A stretch of 64,000 nt of DNA from a virus, in the IMG/VR virus record IMGVR_UViG_3300029807_000001, positions 29,667 through 93,666 of that record. One strand, given 5' to 3'. Positions 46,610-56,872 of this stretch are shown piece by piece (the first letter of the stretch is position 1; every line of letters begins with the position of its first letter). The position numbers and the translations under genes were made by a program. The notes under the pieces were generated by a model that was not told where the DNA came from, searched no databases, and worked only from the letters and a program-made list of their open reading frames with translations.

Positions 46610-46613
46610 AATA

Positions 46614-47120
46614 TTACCTATTTATTCTTTCAGTTTGATGGATTGAAGGGAAAAAGTTTTGGTTGACAAATGGACTTAGAATAGCTTCTGCCCACTTCAC
46701 GTTACCGAACTGGTGTTCTAGTTTCAGTTGTTCGTATGCTGCACAAGCTCCCTTGTCTAACAAGGTTCCGAATCCTTCCATACGACGAAGAGTTCTCATT
46801 ACTATAGGACCACACTTAGCTTCAAGACCAGAGGTCATTGCTGCCACTCTTGCAGAACCTACGTCTATTAAACATGCGGCCTTCAAGACCATGAAGTTCA
46901 TGAATGCGTGATCTGGGCCAGCGGTAGGATCGGGAGTAATAGTCATATCGCTCGTCACCACCACATACGTTGTATCAAAATCAATCTCTTGGTTGATATA
47001 CTGTGCCGCCACGATCAGGGTTTCTTCTAGTCGGTGATCAGTGTACGCATAAGTTAAATTATCCGTATCGTTAATCATGATCCGCAATAGAGGAATAGTT
47101 TCGTCTTGCCAACATGCCAT
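46614..47120 (-). CDS. head-tail adaptor-like protein
   Basis: LRIMINDTD...YTD..LE helical pattern typical of connectors, plus position. Confidence 0.55.
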   Translation of the reverse strand: MACWQDETIPLLRIMINDTDNLTYAYTDHRLEETLIVAAQYINQEIDFDTTYVVVTSDMTITPDPTAGPDHAFMNFMVLKAACLIDVGSARVAAMTSGLEAKCGPIVMRTLRRMEGFGTLLDKGACAAYEQLKLEHQFGNVKWAEAILSPFVNQNFFPSIHQTERINR

Positions 47121-47434
47121 TATTTGTCACTCACTTTCATGATACCGTCACCTTCTAATATAGCGCCAGTGCTAGTAGTAATTACGACTTCTACTCTATA
47201 CCGCGTCTTCGACGTACCAGCAGATATCCACATTTGGATAGTCTGGCCGCTGATTGTAGGAGTCTCGATAGTCAGGTCCGAGACCGATCCGCAAGTTTTC
47301 TCGGATGTAACAACAGGAGCAGGAGAACTAGCCTCAATCGTTTCTGCGGTACTCATCTTTGCAGAGAAGTCCATCGTGAACCGTCTACGTTCGGATGGTT
47401 GCTTGACTGCTGTTTCGTCTGCGGTACTACCCAT
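47120..47434 (-). CDS. small Ig-like virion protein
   Basis: KQPSE...DF....WISAG....Y.V...ITTS.G pattern. Confidence 0.6.
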   Translation of the reverse strand: MGSTADETAVKQPSERRRFTMDFSAKMSTAETIEASSPAPVVTSEKTCGSVSDLTIETPTISGQTIQMWISAGTSKTRYRVEVVITTSTGAILEGDGIMKVSDK

Positions 47435-48246
47435 TATGTACTACTTCCAGTAACGTTAAAGGTAATGTTAGTGTTAACGGGAGCTTGTCCAGCGGATAAT
47501 GATAGACGCATCCACGTTCCAATATGATCTGAGGTTCCAGTAGGCTGTGGACCTAAGCTGTCACCAGGAACAGACAAGATAGTGTCGGCCCATGTTGGAG
47601 CACCAAGCATTCCAGCGCCTGCTGGTTCCGCTAGTCTATTGGCTACTGAGTTGTTATCGTTAACGGCATCTTCTAGATCGAAGTCTATATTGTTTGCCGA
47701 ACCGTCATCTGTAAGTTCAATCTTAGCACTTAGTAGGGCTAAGGTTGCATGATTGTTTGCTACGAAGACTTTCTCATAGAGTGTAACTGCCGATCCACCA
47801 GAATCTTCTGCTTCCGCAAGATAGAACGGTCGTCTGTTTTCCAGCACAGCAGAACCACCAGGGTTGTCGTCTGAGCCTTCTAGAGTAACGAGAGTAACGC
47901 TGCCGCTGTTTTCGGATACCGTTAGTGTACCAGCATAGGTTGCGTCTACTACGATCTTGAGGATACGCTCGAAAGACTGTGAGCCAGTCTGAGGAGTTGT
48001 TCCAGCAAGTGAGTATGTGTCGGTCTGAATAACGCCAGTCGCATCTCTACCAGTAATAGTTACGGTTTGAGTCGTATCAGCAGCATCATCAGATACCACA
48101 TCTAGTGTGTCTGTGCCGCCCACGTCACTCATGTCTTGATTAAGGATTTTAATAGTACGGTCTATAGCACCACCAGTTAGAGAAGTGCTATCTTCTGGCA
48201 TGTTAGCCGCGCCGTATATGATTATGTCTGTTGCTGCAATAGCCAT
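47434..48246 (-). CDS. acidic virion structural protein
   Basis: 270-aa D/T/G-rich ORF starting MAIAATDI. Confidence 0.65.
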   Translation of the reverse strand: MAIAATDIIIYGAANMPEDSTSLTGGAIDRTIKILNQDMSDVGGTDTLDVVSDDAADTTQTVTITGRDATGVIQTDTYSLAGTTPQTGSQSFERILKIVVDATYAGTLTVSENSGSVTLVTLEGSDDNPGGSAVLENRRPFYLAEAEDSGGSAVTLYEKVFVANNHATLALLSAKIELTDDGSANNIDFDLEDAVNDNNSVANRLAEPAGAGMLGAPTWADTILSVPGDSLGPQPTGTSDHIGTWMRLSLSAGQAPVNTNITFNVTGSST

Positions 48247-48257
48247 GTTTATTTACC

Positions 48258-51200
48258 TTATTGTTGAGTTATTGTCCATGTTTTGTCTGTCTCTTTTATG
48301 GTCCATGTCTGAATGCTTTCCTTTACGTTCCAGGTTCTTAAACGGTCGTTAACAATCCATGTAAACAAGTCGTCCAGGACTATTGCATCACCAAGCCATT
48401 CTACTGGTATTACTTCGTCACCGCTAAAACCAGCCAGACTTTCCACGATAACACTGGTATCTACGTCTAATTGACGAACGTATTCTATCAGTAAAGTCTT
48501 AGAAAGACTTATTCCTAACAGTGTATTAAACACCAAATCCTTGTTTAGAGAGAGTTGTGCAGTGAAAGATACCTCGATATCCTTGTTTGCACTAATAATA
48601 GATAGGTTACCTATTGGGATAGTTTTGTCTATACCTATGCCTAATACGTTTTCTACGGGGATTACGTTAGCAGATGCTGTCTGTGTAGTACTCTCGATAA
48701 CGATTAACTTATTGGCATTGAGCGCTACTGCTCCAGCGGCAGAATGCTCTACTATTACCGTAATGCCGAAGTCGATCTCACGAACGTATTCTACCAGAAC
48801 TTTGTTGTCGGCAATGACTCCTCTGTTGTATTCTACTATCGCGTTTAGACTGCTGGCTAGAGCAAGAACGTTTTCCACGGGAACGTCTTTGCTGATAACT
48901 AATCCGCTAGTATTCTCTACTGGAATGTTGTTCCCTGCAATAACTTGAGATGTACTCTCTACGATGATGGTGGGACTTGCTAGGACACCTCCAACACCAG
49001 CGCTGATAATCCATTCTACGGGGATCAGATTGTTCAGAGATAGTGCCGCAGTATTTTCTACTGGTATCTGATTACTCAGGACAAGTCCAGAAACATATTC
49101 AACAATCACTTTGGAATTATTGATAACTCCAAGAGTATTCTCTACTGGAATAGTACTACTAGAAGCTAAGCCAAGGACGTTCTCGACTGGTATTGTAGCG
49201 GTGGAGGCAATAGATAGTATAGATTCGGTTGTGATAAGTTTAGAAGCCACAAATTGTCTAATCCACGCTATTACTACTCCATAGTTTTCGTCGAAGGCTA
49301 CGCCAACGTCGCCAGCATCTTCGGTCGAAATTCCGATAACCTTTTTCTTGCGGAACGGAGCTACAGAATCTTGGAAAAGCTGAGCAATTTCATCAGGAGA
49401 TAGCTCACGGTCATACGCCATAACGTCTCCCAACGAACCACTCCATTCATTAGATGGAGACGAATCTCCCACTCTCCCTATCTCTAAGTTATTTACCCCC
49501 GCTCCGTATGCGTTAGAGTGCGGGTCAGGAGAACTCTCTTGCTTTCCGTCAACAAAGATTGTTCGATGGGTTGCCGTAAATACGCCACTTAATAGATGCC
49601 ATTCATCATCATCTATAGATACGACAGATTCCTGCTCTCCATACCCAGTGTTTCTCGTAAATACAGCAGCCTTTCCAGGAGCGGCATTAGATTGGCGTAT
49701 ACCGTAAAATACATTAGTAGCCGAAGAATCCGCTAGACCCACAGCTACTCCATCCTGCGTTCCTGATTTCACCCAGGCATTCAAAGTGAAAGGGTAGCCT
49801 GTAATTACTCTCTCGGATATTAGTACATGATCATTAACTCCATCGTAATCTAAGTTATGTCCTCGTTGCCCTACAACCCAATCGCCAAGGGCCATACTCG
49901 TAAGTGTGCCATCTCGCTTTTTCCCGCTAACATCTCTCAGTACCAATGCTGTCGGCCCGAAACTCGTCATCCATGCTCCAACTAATCCCTCAAACAATCC
50001 TGGATTCGCGGACTCTCCTTGACTTCTTGCAAAACCGCTTTGCCATCCTGGTCTGACTTGTGATGTTCCGAAACGAAATGCTCCAGCTATGGTTGCTGCT
50101 GCTGGTGTAGTCGTATTCTCTACCGAGAAACCTAATCGTTTCTTGCGAAATGGTGCTAACGAATCTTGGAAAAGCCGTTGGACTTCGTTTTGGGTTAAGG
50201 CACGGTCGTGAATCAAGCTGCTTCCGATCAACCCATTGAAATAATCATCTTCCGCGTTATCTCGATCATTCGGACCACCAATTCTAGTGACCTGAGAACC
50301 ATCTACAGGAGTGGCGTTGCCTGTTGTGGAATGTATTGGAACGCCATTCAAGTACGTGGTCGAATCAAAGTTACTATCAATAACAGCCGCAATATGCATC
50401 CACTCTCCCGCCGTATACTGCGATACAGATCCCTCTGTTCCATAAAGCGTAGAGCCGTTTCTCCAGCTAAATCTTATGCGGTTCTCGCTTCCAGTAGACC
50501 TACGACGTGTGGCAAGTGCAAAGTTTGTATTGTTTTCAAAAACCGATCCTCTTGAAAAAATGTGTCGGTATTGGTTATCAAATGTCGGAGTATCGTCCCG
50601 TACCCACGCGGATAGTGTAAATGGAGGAGAAATAAATGGCAGGCCCGTTAGCAGAACGTGGTCATCGCTTCCTTCAAAATGTCGGGTGTACCCTCTTTCA
50701 GACATGAACCAATCACCCGCTTCTGCTGATCCTGCGAATGTGCCGTCTCTCTTGTACCCACTAACGTCTCTCAAGGTAGTGATTCCAGTTGGACCTAACT
50801 GCGGAATCCACGCACCGATTAATCCCTCAAACAATCCTGGATTTGCAGACTCTCCTTGTGATCGAGCGAAGCCACTTTGCCACGACGGTCTGACTTGTGA
50901 TGTTCCGAAACGAAATGCTCCAGCAATTGTTGGAGTTACTTCTTCTGCCGCAGTAGATACAGAAAAAGATAATCGTTTCTTGCGAAACGGAGCTACAGAA
51001 TCTTGATAAATCTGTTGAATTTCATCGTGAGAGATAGCACGGTCATGTAGAGAAACATCGCCTATTTTCCCATCGAAATTAAAATTACTGGTAGTCGAAT
51101 CAAATTGCGTCCCGATCCAGAATGGTGCAGCGGTGTCCGCAAGCGATGCTAAAATAGCCGTCGTATCTTCTGCAACCATGATCCCATCGACCCACAAACG

Positions 51201-54200
51201 TGAGTAAGTTGATGGTTTATAGGTCATACCTACATAATGGAGTTTGCCGTCATTGATCGCTGTCGTTGAGGCTAGCGAACCCGCAGCATTAAAAGTGCCA
51301 TCGTCGGAAAGAGCCATTGCTAAAAAGCCATTGGTCTCAGTCATTACTAGGGTGTAGGACCGTTGGTTTACGCTACCCGACTGGCTTCTATACTTGCTAA
51401 CAATCCCTTCGTTTGCCCCTGTAACACTAGAAGTCGTTTGTACCCAAGCGAATAAAGATAGCTCTCCCGTAATGCTTAGCACATCGGAGTCGGGGACTTC
51501 TAGGCGATCATCTGTTCCATCAAAATCTAAGGCGTATCCTTTTTCACCTACAATCCAATCGTCAGCAGTCATCGTACCATTAAACGTAGCGTGACTTTTA
51601 TGGCCGCTAACGTCTCGCAGGGTTGTAATCCCAGTCGGTCCAAAGCTTGGAGCCCAGAACCCAACCAAAGAATCCCATAATTTTGGATTCGCACTCTCGC
51701 TCTGCGAGCGAGCAAACCCACTTTGCCAACTTGGTCGAACTTGTGATGTTCCAAATCTAAACGCACCAATACCAGCGTCGGTTGATGGTACTTCTATCGT
51801 AGATACAGAAAAACTTAATCTTTTCTTGCGGAATGGAGCTAGGTCATCTACATAAAGTTGCTGGACTTCATCGTGCGTTAGGGCTTTATCGTAAACCGCA
51901 ACTGAGCCATAGTCGCCGCCATACTGAGCACTACTTGATGGTCCACTACTAGTGGTCCTAGTCCCAATCACCGTCAAGCCTCCCAGCCCAGCGTAATTGA
52001 ACGTCTTAGCGGTGTCTCCAATCAAGACTCCATCTACGTATAATTTCTGCCTGCTACCGTCGTGCGTTCCTACAATGTGATGCCACACATCATCCGTTAT
52101 GGTTGTGTTTATTGTACCCGACGCATCGCCATCGTCCATCGTCCAACCGAGGTCTGTCCCCGATGCCGAAAATATTCTAATGTCGTCCTGCGTACCAGAA
52201 TGAAAGATTGAAAACAATCTGGCGTTTGCGTCTTTTGTTCCAGACGGTTTTATCCATATAGATACGGAAAATGCAGTGTAGTCTGTATAGTCTAGGGTTC
52301 CTACATCTAGATAGTCGTTTGTCCCGTCTAGGGCAAGAGCGGGACCGCGTTCACCAACAACCCAATCGCTGGCAGTCATCGCTCCTGACGTTGTTGCGTG
52401 GTTTCGGTTGCTGATAGCGTCACGTACGGTCGTGAATCCAGTTGGACCTAAGAACGGTGTGATTGAAAATTCTAGTCCATCATATAAATTAGGATTCGCA
52501 CTCTCTCCCTGACTTCTTGCAAACCCGCTTTGCCAACTTGGTCGAACTTGTGACGTTCTACGAAACGCACCAATACCAGCATCAGTTGATGGCACTTCGG
52601 ATACAGAAAAAGATAATTGTTTCTTGCGGAACGGAGCTAACGTATCCACATAGAGTTGCTGGATTTCGTTGTGGCTTAGAGCACGGTCATAAATATTTAC
52701 AGAAGATATCTGACCAAGTAAAGGATTTACCGTGCCTCCTTCCTCTGCTATCTTAATTCCTATAGCTAAATCATTAGATGTATTTTGTATACTTCCCGAA
52801 AAAGCACTGGTAGTTGCGTCTTCGACTCCATCAATGTATACAGATAACACCTCACCGTCCCACGTCATCGCTATGTGATGCCACTCGCCCTCTAGCGAGG
52901 TTGCTGACGTAGAGGAAGCTAGGATATTGAACGTGGTTCCCGTAAAAGATACTCCTACTTGTATTGCATCAGCAGAGTTAGCTGCCTGAAGGACGTATTC
53001 GTGGTCCTTCATTGCTACTACGTGGACAGTTGATCCAGCAGAAATATCTGTGAAATTTACCCACGAAGATATGGTAACGTGTTTCGGACTTAGTAAATCT
53101 CTATCACTTACTACTATATGATCGTCACTACCATCAAAATCTAAGACGTATCCTCTTTCACCAATTACCCAATCGTTAAAAAACATATTGGTAAACGTGC
53201 CATCATTGCGATAGCCACTAACATCCCTAAGAGTCTTGCCAGTCGGCCCGAAACTTGGCATCCACGAACCGATTAATCCCTCAAACAGTCCTGGATTTGC
53301 AGACTCAGACGCAGAACGGGCAAAGCCGTTTTGCCACGATGGTTCAACCCTCGATGTCCCTAGTCTAAATGCGCCTACGGCGGTAGGTGTTGTTTCAACT
53401 GTCTGAGGAAAAAAGAAGGAACGTGATTTCTTACGGAAGGGAGCTAGTTCGTCTTGGTAAAGTTGCTGTACTTCATCGTGAGAAAGAGCACGGTCATAAA
53501 GTAGAGAACTACTTGTACTGGCGTTCAGATTTCTCACGCTGCCGCCGCCACCGTCTGACACCCCGTTCGCAATTACGATATTAGGCGAGCCTGTATCAGG
53601 CGTAGCTGTGGCTGATGCGTTTTGGACTACCTGTTCGCCATTTAGATAAAGCGTTAGCGTGTCTGCTTCTGCGTCATGTACGGCGGTCCAGTGAAGAAAT
53701 TCGTTAAGTATTGGAGTCCATGAATAGACTGCAGTAGTATTAGCACCGCTACTATCTTCATAGAGAGCAATGATATTCTCGTTAGTGCCAAAAATATCGT
53801 GGTCTACAATAATCGAGTAGTTGTGATTTATACCCGCCGTTTCGCCACTATCCCCCTTTACAAGAAACCCACTCCATTGATTAAACGTGGGATACGTTAA
53901 TATGCTTGCGACTGTGTGGATTGTCCAAGAGCCTGGAATCCTTAGATGAGGTGCATCTGGGATTGATATCTGCTCATCAGTTCCGTTATATGAAGTCGCG
54001 TACCCTCTTTCGCCAGTTATCCAGTCTAGGTCTAACTCCATATTGACAAGCGTACCGTGGATACCATAGCCACTAACATCTCGCAACGTACCTCCCGTTG
54101 GTCCCAATCTAGGAACCCACGCGCCAACTAATCCCTCAAACAATCCTGGATTTGCAGACTCTCCCGCTGATCGGGCAAAGCCAGATTTCCAAGAGGGCTG

Positions 54201-54230
54201 AGTCCTTGACTCGCCAGGGGATAGAGGCAT
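48258..54230 (-). CDS. giant virion protein with six LamG/concanavalin-like modules and a C-terminal 14-aa repeat stalk
   Basis: Six ~275-aa units with LDFDG.DD, W(H)H(I/V), LY.DG and YDRALS..E..QLY motifs. IPVEN repeats at the C-terminus. Confidence 0.85.
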   Translation of the reverse strand: MPLSPGESRTQPSWKSGFARSAGESANPGLFEGLVGAWVPRLGPTGGTLRDVSGYGIHGTLVNMELDLDWITGERGYATSYNGTDEQISIPDAPHLRIPGSWTIHTVASILTYPTFNQWSGFLVKGDSGETAGINHNYSIIVDHDIFGTNENIIALYEDSSGANTTAVYSWTPILNEFLHWTAVHDAEADTLTLYLNGEQVVQNASATATPDTGSPNIVIANGVSDGGGGSVRNLNASTSSSLLYDRALSHDEVQQLYQDELAPFRKKSRSFFFPQTVETTPTAVGAFRLGTSRVEPSWQNGFARSASESANPGLFEGLIGSWMPSFGPTGKTLRDVSGYRNDGTFTNMFFNDWVIGERGYVLDFDGSDDHIVVSDRDLLSPKHVTISSWVNFTDISAGSTVHVVAMKDHEYVLQAANSADAIQVGVSFTGTTFNILASSTSATSLEGEWHHIAMTWDGEVLSVYIDGVEDATTSAFSGSIQNTSNDLAIGIKIAEEGGTVNPLLGQISSVNIYDRALSHNEIQQLYVDTLAPFRKKQLSFSVSEVPSTDAGIGAFRRTSQVRPSWQSGFARSQGESANPNLYDGLEFSITPFLGPTGFTTVRDAISNRNHATTSGAMTASDWVVGERGPALALDGTNDYLDVGTLDYTDYTAFSVSIWIKPSGTKDANARLFSIFHSGTQDDIRIFSASGTDLGWTMDDGDASGTINTTITDDVWHHIVGTHDGSRQKLYVDGVLIGDTAKTFNYAGLGGLTVIGTRTTSSGPSSSAQYGGDYGSVAVYDKALTHDEVQQLYVDDLAPFRKKRLSFSVSTIEVPSTDAGIGAFRFGTSQVRPSWQSGFARSQSESANPKLWDSLVGFWAPSFGPTGITTLRDVSGHKSHATFNGTMTADDWIVGEKGYALDFDGTDDRLEVPDSDVLSITGELSLFAWVQTTSSVTGANEGIVSKYRSQSGSVNQRSYTLVMTETNGFLAMALSDDGTFNAAGSLASTTAINDGKLHYVGMTYKPSTYSRLWVDGIMVAEDTTAILASLADTAAPFWIGTQFDSTTSNFNFDGKIGDVSLHDRAISHDEIQQIYQDSVAPFRKKRLSFSVSTAAEEVTPTIAGAFRFGTSQVRPSWQSGFARSQGESANPGLFEGLIGAWIPQLGPTGITTLRDVSGYKRDGTFAGSAEAGDWFMSERGYTRHFEGSDDHVLLTGLPFISPPFTLSAWVRDDTPTFDNQYRHIFSRGSVFENNTNFALATRRRSTGSENRIRFSWRNGSTLYGTEGSVSQYTAGEWMHIAAVIDSNFDSTTYLNGVPIHSTTGNATPVDGSQVTRIGGPNDRDNAEDDYFNGLIGSSLIHDRALTQNEVQRLFQDSLAPFRKKRLGFSVENTTTPAAATIAGAFRFGTSQVRPGWQSGFARSQGESANPGLFEGLVGAWMTSFGPTALVLRDVSGKKRDGTLTSMALGDWVVGQRGHNLDYDGVNDHVLISERVITGYPFTLNAWVKSGTQDGVAVGLADSSATNVFYGIRQSNAAPGKAAVFTRNTGYGEQESVVSIDDDEWHLLSGVFTATHRTIFVDGKQESSPDPHSNAYGAGVNNLEIGRVGDSSPSNEWSGSLGDVMAYDRELSPDEIAQLFQDSVAPFRKKKVIGISTEDAGDVGVAFDENYGVVIAWIRQFVASKLITTESILSIASTATIPVENVLGLASSSTIPVENTLGVINNSKVIVEYVSGLVLSNQIPVENTAALSLNNLIPVEWIISAGVGGVLASPTIIVESTSQVIAGNNIPVENTSGLVISKDVPVENVLALASSLNAIVEYNRGVIADNKVLVEYVREIDFGITVIVEHSAAGAVALNANKLIVIESTTQTASANVIPVENVLGIGIDKTIPIGNLSIISANKDIEVSFTAQLSLNKDLVFNTLLGISLSKTLLIEYVRQLDVDTSVIVESLAGFSGDEVIPVEWLGDAIVLDDLFTWIVNDRLRTWNVKESIQTWTIKETDKTWTITQQ

Positions 54231-54250
54231 TTATAAGCTCCTATATTAAA

Positions 54251-54817
54251 TTATGCCGCTGCCTGTACATCAGGATCTAGACCAACCATTCGGACATACA
54301 TCTCTTGTGCATCAACATCGTTAAGGTCTTCCGCATCAGTGCTATTGACGATAACTGGTTGACCAAATCTTGTTGGAGGTGAGAATATCCATGTGTCACG
54401 CTGAGCAACTCCGACTGCATCAGCAGTCAAAACAATCGAACCAAGATACATTAATTGTTTTAGAGAGTCCGCTAAGCTATCACCAGCGGTTCCCGTATAA
54501 ACAGCATCAGTACCGTCTGTTCCACCTTGAAAGCCCGTAGTCAATGATACGGCAGGAGCCCAATAAAGATCGACGGTTTCGCCAGACTCTGGAGCTTCTG
54601 CGGTTTTGAATTCCACAGCTAAGGAGATTGAATATTCAAGCGACCTACTTGCCCCTAAGTCCGCAATAATTCCCTGTCTCGCGGCGCTAAACAACAGGTT
54701 GGTTAAGTCAAGATCGTGAGTACGTGTGCCTCCGATCTGAGACCCACCAGCGTAGTCGGTTTCGTCTGCCCAAACAATAGGCGTACCTTGTGTTAGTAGA
54801 ACTAAATTAGTTGGCAT
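54251..54817 (-). CDS. putative virion protein (partner of the LamG protein)
   Basis: Acidic beta-rich 188-aa ORF, TAATG-coupled. Confidence 0.6.
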   Translation of the reverse strand: MPTNLVLLTQGTPIVWADETDYAGGSQIGGTRTHDLDLTNLLFSAARQGIIADLGASRSLEYSISLAVEFKTAEAPESGETVDLYWAPAVSLTTGFQGGTDGTDAVYTGTAGDSLADSLKQLMYLGSIVLTADAVGVAQRDTWIFSPPTRFGQPVIVNSTDAEDLNDVDAQEMYVRMVGLDPDVQAAA

Positions 54818-55212
54818 TATGATCTCCTCGATAGTTCGATGTGATTTGCACCTACGACACCCAGACCAAGCTCATCAGCGCGGCTTATATTGTCTGTTCT
54901 TAGTGCTGCAAGATTAACTATTGTATTACTACCTCCACCAAATATCGAAGTCAGTAACGTCGCTTCAATACCGAATGGATTCAACTCTCCGATGTGGACG
55001 ATATTCCAGACGAGCGCCTTATTTGCATCGCTTAACGCGGTAAATTCTGCCGAGTCAAATGCGTTGACAACTTCACTAGCACTGATTGATGTGCGATTCT
55101 TGGTTCTGTTGACCAAGTTTATCTGGTCTGCTGCCAGCGCATCATCTGCGTCATACGCTCCAGTAACGGGATGGCCAGATAGCAGTTCTGACTTTAGTGT
55201 TGATATATTCAT
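54817..55212 (-). CDS. hypothetical protein
   Basis: 131-aa ORF, first gene after the promoter at 55260. Confidence 0.65.
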   Translation of the reverse strand: MNISTLKSELLSGHPVTGAYDADDALAADQINLVNRTKNRTSISASEVVNAFDSAEFTALSDANKALVWNIVHIGELNPFGIEATLLTSIFGGGSNTIVNLAALRTDNISRADELGLGVVGANHIELSRRS

Positions 55213-55259
55213 TTATGAGATTCCTGATTTGATACGTTGTTCATGCTACTTTACATTAG

Positions 55260-55269
55260 ATTATACACC
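55260..55269 (-). promoter_or_regulatory. candidate late promoter GGTGTATAAT
   Basis: Intergenic, immediately after the capsid terminator. Confidence 0.65.
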
Positions 55270-55274
55270 AATAG

Positions 55275-55338
55275 AAAAATCCTCCGTCCCATTGCGGAAC
55301 GGAGGACTTAGATATTAAAAACTTCCCGTAAGGAAGGT
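55275..55338 (-). terminator. tandem hairpins/terminators after the major capsid gene
   Basis: Minus strand cttcc-ttacg-ggaag then a T-run, followed by tcctccgttcc-gcaat-gggacggagga then TTTTT. Confidence 0.8.
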
Positions 55339-55344
55339 GTCTTT

Positions 55345-56355
55345 TTAGAGACTACCCAGGATAACACGTCGGTTATCTAGAGCGGCGAAGCCCTGCTCTG
55401 CCCATCCGTAAAGACCAGCTCTACGTTGTCTGTGAAGATTGTCATCAGCAAAGATGCTTAGAGTTTCTCGCACAGGCATAACAAAAGAGTCACGTCTACG
55501 AAGGTCAAGACCAACCACAACTTCTACGTCACCAGAAGGTAGCGAACCACCAAGCTCGTTCTCGTAGAACAGTTCGTATTCTTGGCCTTCACCAAGCTCA
55601 TCAAGGTCGTGCAAGTTAACACCGAAGATTCGGTTCATTGCATTATCGCCATCTGACACGAAGATTTCTCGACGAGTGAACTCATCAATTTGATCGACGT
55701 TCCAGTTACGAATGTCTTCCATTGCTTCTGGAGACACATACAAGTCAGTTAGCTTGCCACGGTTGTTAGAAGTGGAGTTACCACCACCGTTTCGACGCAT
55801 GATAACCTTCATCAGGCTCACAAGTCTCTTGGTGAACTGTCCAGCAGCAGCATCAGAGTCTAGGACTACAATGTTACGGTCAGCAGCAGCGGTGATAAGT
55901 GTGTGCCACCCATCATCATTCCACTTCTTGGTGAAAGAAGCTTCAAGAACTTCCATCGCTCGACCCACAACGTCCCATCGTGCGTCACGAGCATATTTTA
56001 GATTCCAGTCGATGCTTGCACCGATATCGTAGGTTGGAACCATAACATAGTCACCCTCAACATGTCGTTGAGGAATGTAACCGTGATTAGGAATAGAATA
56101 AGCTACGAACTCTTTTTCTGTTCCTGGGGCTACAAAGTCTAGTGGAAATTCTGGAGTAGCTGATTGATCTAATTTGATCACTTCAAAAATGTTATCCAGA
56201 ATGTTGCCATTAAGCATACCTTCACGAAGAGGAAGTTCCAGAGCCTTTGCAAGCTCAGCTACCGCTGGTAAAGATTCTTTTGCATCAAACGATCCACTTG
56301 CACGAAGCAGATTGTTTAACTTGTCTGATGGCTGAAATCGCTTTTTAGTTGCCAT
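55345..56355 (-). CDS. major capsid protein (HK97 fold, inferred)
   Basis: Follows the protease/scaffold and decoration genes and has a strong terminator. LYVSPE..EDI, RIFGVNL, C-terminal G.A.LD pattern. Confidence 0.85.
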   Translation of the reverse strand: MATKKRFQPSDKLNNLLRASGSFDAKESLPAVAELAKALELPLREGMLNGNILDNIFEVIKLDQSATPEFPLDFVAPGTEKEFVAYSIPNHGYIPQRHVEGDYVMVPTYDIGASIDWNLKYARDARWDVVGRAMEVLEASFTKKWNDDGWHTLITAAADRNIVVLDSDAAAGQFTKRLVSLMKVIMRRNGGGNSTSNNRGKLTDLYVSPEAMEDIRNWNVDQIDEFTRREIFVSDGDNAMNRIFGVNLHDLDELGEGQEYELFYENELGGSLPSGDVEVVVGLDLRRRDSFVMPVRETLSIFADDNLHRQRRAGLYGWAEQGFAALDNRRVILGSL

Positions 56356-56375
56356 TATATTTAGAACTCCCTAAA

Positions 56376-56828
56376 TTATTGAACGTTAACTTCTATTTCA
56401 ACATACAGGTCTGCGTCTAGTTCACTAATGAACCGACCGACTTGAGATGAACCAGAGGTAGTAGTAAATTCGCCGCTGTTGCGGTAGTATGCTGGATCGC
56501 CAGCCGCTGGTGTGTCACCAGTAAATACCATATTGGTACGAATAACACCACGAATTAAAAGATCAACCTTGTTGCCAATTTGCACTTCATCTTTGTGCCA
56601 ATTGATGTGCTGACGGGTTAGGTTGAGGTTAACCACGTCGTTCATTAGAACGCCAGCAGGATTTCCAGAAGGTCCGACAGGAAGTGACACGGTTGAGGTA
56701 GGATCATCCATACCTTCACCGCCTGGAGTATCCACGTTTACAATGATACCTCGTTCGGCAACAACATTCATAAAATACTTTATGCGACTGCCATCAGGAA
56801 GTTCAATGCGATCTGGTTTAAGAGCCAT
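56376..56828 (-). CDS. capsid decoration/cement protein
   Basis: Between scaffold and MCP. PAGVL, GD.AY....G..T, VGRF pattern. Confidence 0.65.
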   Translation of the reverse strand: MALKPDRIELPDGSRIKYFMNVVAERGIIVNVDTPGGEGMDDPTSTVSLPVGPSGNPAGVLMNDVVNLNLTRQHINWHKDEVQIGNKVDLLIRGVIRTNMVFTGDTPAAGDPAYYRNSGEFTTTSGSSQVGRFISELDADLYVEIEVNVQ

Positions 56829-56872
56829 TAGTTATATTCTCCTCTTTGAATAAATCAAAGGTTATGATAAAT

